A program made the position numbers and the translations under genes. Positions 9,058-16,267 of a DNA stretch of 64,000 bases are shown one piece after another (the stretch's first letter is position 1; every line of letters starts with the position of its first letter). The notes beneath the pieces were generated by a model. The model worked only from the letters and a program-made list of their open reading frames with translations, was not told where the DNA came from and searched no databases. The stretch is from Candidatus Omnitrophota bacterium (GTDB taxonomy: Bacteria; Omnitrophota; Gorgyraeia; Tantalellales; Tantalellaceae), in assembly GCA_035403965.1 (NCBI GenBank), contig DAONGE010000003.1, forward strand, positions 17,860 to 81,859, in the 5' to 3' direction.

Positions 9058-10332
9058 ATGAAAGACACGCCTAAATCTTTAAGGCTACAGATCGGGCTGT
9101 TCGGCAGGACAAATGTAGGGAAGTCGAGTTTTCTCAATATGGTCCTCGGACAGGATTTTGCTATTACGTCGCATATCCCGGGGACGACGACGGATATTGT
9201 TGAAAAGACCATGGAATTACTGCCGGTGGGTCCTGTGGTGTTTTTGGATACCGGAGGGATAGACGATAGCACCGAACTTTCGGAAAAGAGGATCGGAAAA
9301 ACAAAAAAGATATTTGATCGGGCCGATGTAATGGTCCTGATAACCGAGCCGGATATATGGGGAGAATATGAGGAAACCTTGGCTAAAGAGGCAGAAAAAC
9401 GGAAAACCCCGGTCATTGTAGTGGTTAATAAGGCTGATATCAGGACGCCATCGGCGTCATTTATCGGGAGTATAGCGCGTGTGACGAAAAGGATCATAAT
9501 ATGTTCCAGCGCCGATAAGAAAAATCGGGATAGGCATGTTAATGAGCTTAAAAAATATCTTCTCGAAGTATGTCCTGAGGATTTTCTCAGCGTGAAGGCT
9601 TTAGTCGGGGACCTTTTGGGCCCGAGCGGTATCTCCGTGTTGATAGTCCCTATCGATTTTGAGGCGCCGAAGGGGAGGATCATACTCCCGCAGGTTCAGG
9701 CTATCCGCGATATTTTAGATCATAACGGTATATGTATTGTGGTCAAGGAGGATAAATATCTGGCGGCGTTAAAAGAACTCAAGAATAAGCCTGATATAGT
9801 TGTTTGTGATTCCCAGGTGGTTGACAAAATGGTGAAAAATACGCCGGTCGATATAAAATGCACGACATTCTCTATTTTGTTCACGCGATTCAAAAGCGAT
9901 CTTGTTTCTTCTGTCAAAGCGGCCGTTAAGATCGGTGAACTCGTGCCGGGGGATAGGATATTGATAGCCGAATCATGCAGTCATCACGCGATAGAGGACG
10001 ATATCGGACGAGTGAAGATCCCAAAATGGTTGAATGATTATGTAGGGGGCGAGCTAAGGGTGGATGTTTCTTCCGGCAGGGATTATCCCGAAGACCTTGC
10101 GAAATATAAACTGATCATACATTGCGGGTCTTGCATGCTGACTCGGAGAGAGACCCTTGCCAGGATAGAAAAAGCAAATAACGCCGGAGTGCCTGTCACG
10201 AACTATGGGTTGTGTATCGCGTTTACGCAGGACGTGCTTGGGAGGGTTCTTGAGCCTTTCCCGGCGGCATTGGAAGCGTATCATGACGAAGTGAAAAAAA
10301 AGGAAGGAATATATGGAAATCGGAAGAGTTGA
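9058..10332 (+). CDS. hydF: [FeFe]-hydrogenase maturation GTPase HydF
   Basis: G1 P-loop 'GRTNVGKSS' and G3 'DTGG' are present, with a C-terminal Cys-containing [4Fe-4S]-binding region (CSHH...CGSC). The length, 424 aa, fits HydF. Confidence 0.85.
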   Translation: MKDTPKSLRLQIGLFGRTNVGKSSFLNMVLGQDFAITSHIPGTTTDIVEKTMELLPVGPVVFLDTGGIDDSTELSEKRIGKTKKIFDRADVMVLITEPDIWGEYEETLAKEAEKRKTPVIVVVNKADIRTPSASFIGSIARVTKRIIICSSADKKNRDRHVNELKKYLLEVCPEDFLSVKALVGDLLGPSGISVLIVPIDFEAPKGRIILPQVQAIRDILDHNGICIVVKEDKYLAALKELKNKPDIVVCDSQVVDKMVKNTPVDIKCTTFSILFTRFKSDLVSSVKAAVKIGELVPGDRILIAESCSHHAIEDDIGRVKIPKWLNDYVGGELRVDVSSGRDYPEDLAKYKLIIHCGSCMLTRRETLARIEKANNAGVPVTNYGLCIAFTQDVLGRVLEPFPAALEAYHDEVKKKEGIYGNRKS

Positions 10333-11800
10333 GCGGTGGGTAAAAGAACGCGTTAAACAGGATGAAATAGATAAATATCTTGATCAGGGGAATGATTTTA
10401 TCCCCGACGTTGATATCGAACGGGAGATCGCGAGCGCTAAACCTGATCCAAAGAAGGTGAAAGACATTTTGCAGAAATCCATGGCTGTCGAAACTTTGAC
10501 GCTTCAGGAAACGGCAGCGCTACTTAATGTTAGAGACCCTGAGGTATGGGAAGAAATGGAGCACACTGCGGGGCTTGTTAAAAAGAAAGTATATGATAAT
10601 CGCATTGTTACTTTCGCTCCGTTATATCTTGGTAATCTATGCGTGAACAATTGCGTTTATTGCGGGTTCAGGAGTTCTAATGACGGGGCAAAACGGCAGA
10701 TACTTACTTTAGATGAAGTGAAAAAAGAGACTGAAACGCTGGCGGGGAAAATAGGCCACAAACGGCTGATCGTCGTCTATGGCGAGCACCCCGATACTGG
10801 CGTAGAATATATGGAAGATACGATACGCGCGATCTATTCTACAAAGGTCAAAACTAAAAACGGTGAGGGGGCTATTCGCAGGGTCAATGTCAATGCCGCA
10901 CCTATGCCTGTCGCGGAACTGCGAAGGTTACATGAAGTCGGGATAGGTACTTATCAGGTCTTTCAAGAAACTTATCACCGCGATACATATAAAAGGCTGC
11001 ATCCGAAAGGGACTTTAAAGGCCGATTACAGGTGGCGGCTGTATTGCATGCACAGGGCTATAGAAGCGGGGATCGATGACGTTGGGTTAGGAGTTTTGTT
11101 CGGCTTGTATGACTGGCGTTTCGAGGTCATGGGGCTTGTGGCGCATTCGATGGAACTTGAGAAAAAATTCGGGATAGGAGCGCATACTGTGTCATTCCCC
11201 CGGTTAGAGCCCGCACATAATACGCCGTTTCTGCAAAAACTGAAATACGCCGTGAGCGATGAGGATTTTAGGAAGATACTTATCGCGATACGGCTTGCGG
11301 TCCCGCACGCGGGAATGATACTTACGGCAAGAGAATCCGCGGATATAAGGCGTAAGTTCATGCCGTTGGGTATCACTCAGATTGATGCGTCCAGTAAAAT
11401 AGGTATTGGCGCGTATAGTGACGGGGGCGAAGCGCAAAAGGGCGAAAAACAGCAGTTCTTTCTTGGCGATACGCGAAGCCTTGATGAAGTGATTCGAGAA
11501 CTTGCCGAAAAAGGCATGATAACGTCGTTCTGTACGGCCGGTTATAGGTGCGGGCGTACCGGCGAATGCATTATGGAACTTTTGCGGTCTGGCAGAGAAG
11601 GGCAGTTCTGTAAACTGAACGCCGTTCTTACGTTCAGGGAATGGCTGGATGATTTCGCGTCTCCCGAGACTCGCGAGGCCGGAGAAAAGGTCATAAATAA
11701 AGAGCTTGAGGAAGTCTGTTTTAAAATGCCGGAGATATATCCGGAACTTGTGAAAAATTACAACAGGATAAAAAGTGGCGAAAGAGATCTTTACTTCTAA
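10313..11800 (+). CDS. hydG: [FeFe]-hydrogenase maturase HydG (radical SAM tyrosine lyase, ThiH-like)
   Basis: Radical SAM motif 'CVNNCVYCGF'. A C-terminal auxiliary cluster motif 'CTAGYRCGRTGEC' is also present. The start overlaps the end of hydF by 20 nt. Confidence 0.85.
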   Translation: MEIGRVERWVKERVKQDEIDKYLDQGNDFIPDVDIEREIASAKPDPKKVKDILQKSMAVETLTLQETAALLNVRDPEVWEEMEHTAGLVKKKVYDNRIVTFAPLYLGNLCVNNCVYCGFRSSNDGAKRQILTLDEVKKETETLAGKIGHKRLIVVYGEHPDTGVEYMEDTIRAIYSTKVKTKNGEGAIRRVNVNAAPMPVAELRRLHEVGIGTYQVFQETYHRDTYKRLHPKGTLKADYRWRLYCMHRAIEAGIDDVGLGVLFGLYDWRFEVMGLVAHSMELEKKFGIGAHTVSFPRLEPAHNTPFLQKLKYAVSDEDFRKILIAIRLAVPHAGMILTARESADIRRKFMPLGITQIDASSKIGIGAYSDGGEAQKGEKQQFFLGDTRSLDEVIRELAEKGMITSFCTAGYRCGRTGECIMELLRSGREGQFCKLNAVLTFREWLDDFASPETREAGEKVINKELEEVCFKMPEIYPELVKNYNRIKSGERDLYF

Positions 11801-12023
11801 CGTGATGGGGGTTTTCAGGCAGGTGTCCGATACCGCAGCGAGGTACGGCGCTTGTCTGCAGCTTGTGCGAATATTGGGGCCCAGGTGGTCGTATGTGGCC
11901 GGAGAAAAACCGTCTTCCGCCGGAGTTTCTCCGGTAGCTCGTGTCGTCATCCATGACGGCGCGGGGCTTGTGATATATAACCCTTCGAAGATCCCGGATG
12001 TAGATCGAGAGGTGATCATTGAG

Positions 12024-13079
12024 TCCATGAAGTCATCGTTTGCTGATGAAAATGTTTTTAAAGAGGATGAACTGCACATCCCGCAAATCGTTAAGATCCT
12101 TTCCAGTAACGATGATCGTGCTGACGCGGTTTTATTTTCCCGGGCCGATAGCGTTCGGAAAAAATATATGGGCGATGAAGTCCATCTTCGCGGTATAGTG
12201 GAATTTTCGAATTTTTGCGCTAAAGATTGTCTGTATTGTGGTTTGCGTGTAAGTAATAAAAAACTTACACGTTATAAGATGGAAGAAGGAGAAATTATTG
12301 ACTCGTGCCGGATAGCCAAAGATATGGGGTGCGGGACCGTAGTATTACAGTCGGGTGAAGCGGCAGGCAATGATGTCGATGGGTTGTGTCGTATTGTGGG
12401 AAAAATTAAAAAAGATCTCGCCCTTGCTGTAACGGTCAGTATAGGGGAACTTTCCAAGAGGGAGTACCTGTCTTTAAAAAGTTCCGGGGCGGACAGATAT
12501 CTGCTGAAGTTTGAGACATCGGACCGGGGATTATTTAAACGCCTAAAACCGGACGGGGAGTATGACAAAAGGTTTGAGTCTTTACGTATACTAAAGGATA
12601 TTGGTTTTCAAGTCGGTTCGGGCATTATGATAGGATTGCCGGGGCAGACCCCTGAAAATATAGCTGAAGACATCATGATGTTTAAAAAACTGGATCTGGA
12701 TATGATCGGGATAGGCCCGTTTATCCCGCATCCGGACACACCCCTGAACAAAAGCGGTGAAGGGGATTTGATGCTTGTTCTAAAGGTTATCGCGCTTACC
12801 CGCATAATTACGCGAAATGCGCATATTCCGGCGACAACGGCCATAGGAAGCCTTGCTCCAGACGGTCGCAAAAAAGCCCTGCAATGCGGGGCAAATGTTA
12901 TTATGCCCAATATGACGCCGCGGAAATACCGTAAATTATATCAGCTATATCCGAATAAGATCTGCACCGATGAAAACCCATCCGATTGCGTTCCCTGTAT
13001 CGGCTCAATGTTATCAGATATAGGCCGTACTATCGCACGCGGGCATGGGCACAGCCTTAAAAGAACAGCGTCGCTCTAA
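12024..13079 (+). CDS. hydE: [FeFe]-hydrogenase maturase HydE (radical SAM, BioB-like)
   Basis: Radical SAM motif 'CAKDCLYCGL'. BioB-like 'GSGIMIGLPGQT' and 'IPATTA' motifs follow. The open frame extends upstream to 11775, but alignment to HydE N-termini favours the internal Met at 12024 (MKSSFADENVF...). The alternative start is 11775 or 11804. Confidence 0.78.
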   Translation, partial: SMKSSFADENVFKEDELHIPQIVKILSSNDDRADAVLFSRADSVRKKYMGDEVHLRGIVEFSNFCAKDCLYCGLRVSNKKLTRYKMEEGEIIDSCRIAKDMGCGTVVLQSGEAAGNDVDGLCRIVGKIKKDLALAVTVSIGELSKREYLSLKSSGADRYLLKFETSDRGLFKRLKPDGEYDKRFESLRILKDIGFQVGSGIMIGLPGQTPENIAEDIMMFKKLDLDMIGIGPFIPHPDTPLNKSGEGDLMLVLKVIALTRIITRNAHIPATTAIGSLAPDGRKKALQCGANVIMPNMTPRKYRKLYQLYPNKICTDENPSDCVPCIGSMLSDIGRTIARGHGHSLKRTASL

Positions 13080-13560
13080 ACACTAAGCAAGGCCGAGGCC
13101 GATCCTCCTTCGTCCGGTACTCGGGCATCCCCGGCCTTGCTTCTATCACATATTCGGAGAATTCCGCTTGCGGATTCGCCTCAGCCTGTTCGGAAGTTCT
13201 GCGCGCTTCAGAAAAATACCCTGTTATTTTTGATCTCCAGGCGTTTGATACTTCGCTGAAGCGTAAAATATTTTTATCTTTTGCGGGTATTTTTCTTAAG
13301 TGCTCGAACATTCCGAACAGGCGGATCGAGGGAAAAGTGTTTTAAGGTTCATGTGTTTTTCTATTTTTTTCAAAATAGTCATGGAGCTCGCAGGGCGTAA
13401 TCCCGCACCGAACACATAGTGTTCTGGTGCGGGATAAAATTCTCTGGGAAATCGTATCCACTCCATAACTTCTCGTTTCGCCAATTCAACCGAATGTGGA
13501 TCGTGTGCGAGGCAAATGAATGTGAACTCGTGAATGATGTACAGCAATGACATCAACCTT

Positions 13561-13652
13561 GTCATGCCCGAATGTTTTTATCGGGCATCCATAACATAAA
13601 AATCATCTCATTTTTATATCATAGATTCCCGCTTAATGCGTGCGGGAATGAC
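13561..13652. mobile_element. MITE-like hairpin element (family B), copy 1, about 92 bp with about 10-bp terminal inverted repeats 'gtcatgcccg'/'cgggaatgac'
   Basis: Copies at 33661..33752 and 57434..57530 align nearly base for base. An internal hairpin 'atgcccgaatg..atcgggcat' and a second hairpin 'tcccgcttaatgcgtgcggga' are present. Confidence 0.7.
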
Positions 13653-13821
13653 AGTGGTGGATTGTGTTGAAGATGTCGTGCGAAAATCCGAGCATTGGAG
13701 AGAAAAGCCCACAATAGATAAAAGTAAATTACGCATCCATGCTAGGCGAACGCCGGGAGAATAAAAATAACAGGGCTTTTCTCGAAACGCGCAGGATGAC
13801 GCGCGACATTTAAGAGGAAGT

Positions 13822-15288
13822 GTGATAGAATGCAACGGTCGTAGTATCTTTCGCCTATTACCATCAAAAGGAGGACATGTGAGCGGCATATTCGGTGTGA
13901 TCTCAAAATCGGATTGTACGGAAACTTTGTTTTACGGGACGGACTATCATTCTCATCTGGGTACCGAATATGGCGGGATCGCCGTTCTTGGTGAAGGATT
14001 CGAAAGGCACATACATAACATAAGCCAGAGCCAGTTTAAGTCCAAATTCTACGAAAATCGCAAACAGATGTCCGGCAAAAAAGGGATCGGTGTCATATCG
14101 GATAATCATGAACAGCCGATATACCTTAACTGCAAATTCGGGCCGTTTTGTATCGTAACAAGCGGGTTAATAGAGAATAGCGAGAAGCTCGCTAAAGAAT
14201 TCATGTCAAAAGGTGTTTCCTTCAGCGAGATGAGCAGGGGAGAGATCAACGTAACCGAACTTATCGCCAAGATCATAAGTCAGGGAAAAGATCTTATCGA
14301 CGGGATAGAAAAGATGTTCGATGTTATCGAAGGATCATGTTCTCTTTTGATCCTACATAAAGACGGTATATACGCCGCTCGGGATAGGATGGGATATACA
14401 CCGCTTATCGTGGGTAAAAGTGATAACGCCTGGGCCGTGACGTCGGAAACAAGCGCGTTCCCGAATAATAAGATCAAACTGGATAAATATCTCGGGCCGG
14501 GGGAGATCGTGTTGCTTACGGCTGATGGGATGACGCAGAAGATGGCTCCGGGCAAGAAAAAACAGATATGCACTTTTTTGTGGATATATACGGGTTTTCC
14601 GGCGTCTGATTATGAAGAAGTGAATACCGAGATAGTCAGGGAGAAGTGTGGCAGGGCGCTGGCCAAGCATGATAAAGACATTGAGGTGGATGTAGTAGCC
14701 GGTATCCCCGATTCGGGGCTCGCTCACGGCCTGGGATACGCTATGGAGTCAGGCAAACCATTCAGAAGGCCTCTTGTAAAATACACCCCCGGGTACGGGC
14801 GCAGTTATACGCCGTCGTCACAGGAAACAAGGGATCTTATCGCTACAATGAAGCTGGTTCCGATCAAAGAAATAATAAACGGCAACAGGATAGTTCTATG
14901 CGAGGATTCGATCGTACGGGGCACGCAGCTGAAAAACTATACCATGAGTAAATTGTGGGATTCGGGGGCGAAAGAGGTGCATATACGTTCGGCATGCCCT
15001 CCGCTTATGTATCCGTGCAAGTTCTGTCTTTCTACACGTAGCATACACGAGCTTGCCGCGCGCAGGGCAATACGGGCGCTGGAAGGGCATGATGTGGATG
15101 AGGTTTCGGAATATATAGATCATAAAAGCGCGAAATATAAGAAAATGGTGGAATTTATACGCAAAGATCTCGGAGCCACTACATTGCGTTATCTGTCCCT
15201 TGATGATATGGTGAAGGCCGTTGGGTTACCTAAAGAGAATCTTTGCACATATTGCTGGACGGGTGAGTGCCCGAATAAAGGGAAATAG
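13822..15288 (+). CDS. Amidophosphoribosyltransferase-family protein (PurF-like; class-II glutamine amidotransferase fold plus type-I PRTase domain) with Ser at the nucleophile position
   Basis: PRTase motif 'IVLCEDSIVRGTQLKN', plus 'VAGIPDSGLAHGLGYA'. The N-terminal Ntn-type region 'HVSGIFGVISKSD' aligns to PurF '..CGIVGI..' with Ser in place of Cys. C-terminal Cys cluster 'CPPLMYPCKFC'/'CTYCWTGEC'. The start is GTG at 13822 (propeptide-like 19 aa) or GTG at 13879 after 'aaaggagga'. Confidence 0.7.
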   Translation: MIECNGRSIFRLLPSKGGHVSGIFGVISKSDCTETLFYGTDYHSHLGTEYGGIAVLGEGFERHIHNISQSQFKSKFYENRKQMSGKKGIGVISDNHEQPIYLNCKFGPFCIVTSGLIENSEKLAKEFMSKGVSFSEMSRGEINVTELIAKIISQGKDLIDGIEKMFDVIEGSCSLLILHKDGIYAARDRMGYTPLIVGKSDNAWAVTSETSAFPNNKIKLDKYLGPGEIVLLTADGMTQKMAPGKKKQICTFLWIYTGFPASDYEEVNTEIVREKCGRALAKHDKDIEVDVVAGIPDSGLAHGLGYAMESGKPFRRPLVKYTPGYGRSYTPSSQETRDLIATMKLVPIKEIINGNRIVLCEDSIVRGTQLKNYTMSKLWDSGAKEVHIRSACPPLMYPCKFCLSTRSIHELAARRAIRALEGHDVDEVSEYIDHKSAKYKKMVEFIRKDLGATTLRYLSLDDMVKAVGLPKENLCTYCWTGECPNKGK

Positions 15289-15310
15289 GGTGGGGAAAGA
15301 AGGAGGAGAA

Positions 15311-15979
15311 ATGAAGAAAAGTTTTTTCATGATCTTGGTGGTCATACTTGTGATGTCGAGTCGATATGTTAATGCGGATACAATTTCAAATTGGGATGAT
15401 CCATCTCTCGGTTTTGACGGTTGGAGTAAAGCTTCGACAAATGCAACGATGGAATATTTTTCTACAGGCGGTAATCCTGACGGGTATCTAAGGGTTTCGG
15501 CGAACTTGAACATGGGGTTCAAAGCGAGCAGTATTTTTAATGGAAATTATGCGAATCTGGGGTACGATCATTTTGGGTTCGATCTAAAAGTCTTTTTACA
15601 GCAGCTTCCGGCCTATAAGCCGTATGTTCTGATCCGTTACAGTTCTTCCTATAACGGCTGGGCATATACGCTTAACGATTTTGATATAGCGGATACTTCA
15701 TGGTGTCATTATGAGGTTTACTTTGATCCATTGTGGACCGATGAGGAAGCTATATTAAACGGGTGGGAAGCGGGAGAGACCCCCGTTAAAAGTTTTAGCG
15801 AGACCATGTCGCATGTGGGGGTATTATCCATCAGTCAGAATTATCCGTCTATTGCCGGGCGGACGTTAGGATTAGATAATTTTTCGGTAGGTTCTTCCAC
15901 TACTCCGGAACCATCCGCATTGTTGCTTTTTGGAATCGGCGGCGCCTTGATACGGTTTGCCAAAAGGCGGGATAAATAG
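15311..15979 (+). CDS. PEP-CTERM sorting-domain exported protein
   Basis: RBS 'gaaggaggagaa' followed by ATG at 15311. Signal peptide 'MKKSFFMILVVILVMSSRYVNA'. C-terminal 'TPEPSALLLFGIGGALIRFAKRRDK' is a PEP motif, TM helix and basic tail. Confidence 0.7.
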   Translation: MKKSFFMILVVILVMSSRYVNADTISNWDDPSLGFDGWSKASTNATMEYFSTGGNPDGYLRVSANLNMGFKASSIFNGNYANLGYDHFGFDLKVFLQQLPAYKPYVLIRYSSSYNGWAYTLNDFDIADTSWCHYEVYFDPLWTDEEAILNGWEAGETPVKSFSETMSHVGVLSISQNYPSIAGRTLGLDNFSVGSSTTPEPSALLLFGIGGALIRFAKRRDK

Positions 15980-16007
15980 GTGTCTGTACCTATTAATAAA
16001 AAAACAG

Positions 16008-16036
16008 TTGACTTTCGATGTCAAATGTGGGATAAT
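16008..16036 (+). promoter_or_regulatory. Sigma70-like promoter (TTGACT - 17 nt - GATAAT)
   Basis: Read directly: ttgact(16008-13), ttcgatgtcaaatgtgg (17 nt), gataat(16031-36). Confidence 0.4.
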
Positions 16037-16078
16037 GATTCTTGCACGAGGTAGTGCTAAAAAGCAAAGAGGCGTTCT

Positions 16079-16110
16079 GAATAAGAGCGCCTTTTTTATT
16101 TGGTACACGG
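16079..16110 (+). terminator. Intrinsic terminator-like hairpin plus U-tract
   Basis: 'aggcgttctgaataagagcgcc' followed by 'ttttttat'. It lies about 45 nt downstream of the putative promoter. Confidence 0.5.
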
Positions 16111-16142
16111 TTTTAACGGAAAATCCGGAACTATAGATTAAA

Positions 16143-16186
16143 GGGATAACGAAGTCCTTTCAGGCCAGAGGTGGCTTGGGAGGACT
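16143..16186 (+). terminator. Second terminator-like hairpin plus U-tract in the glnN leader
   Basis: 'agtcctttcaggccagaggtggcttgggaggact' followed by 'tttttatttt'. Confidence 0.45.
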
Positions 16187-16267
16187 TTTTTATTTTGATA
16201 TAGCTGAAAATAATGTTTGATTTGGGGCGGTTTGGGATTTACAATTAGATAAAAATAAGGAGATAAA

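Noticed and set aside
8532-9683. 383-aa ORF on the minus strand opposite hydF
   Set aside because: It lies entirely antisense to a confidently identified gene. It has a low-complexity Ser/Thr/Ile-rich translation with no motif. It is typical shadow-frame noise.
11204-12079. 291-aa minus-strand ORF spanning the hydG/hydE junction
   Set aside because: It is antisense to two radical-SAM genes and has no recognisable features.
13057-13889. Three 84-91-aa minus-strand ORFs in the hydE/purF-like gap
   Set aside because: They overlap repeat elements and hairpins, have no RBS and show no similarity to anything recognisable. They are treated as non-coding.
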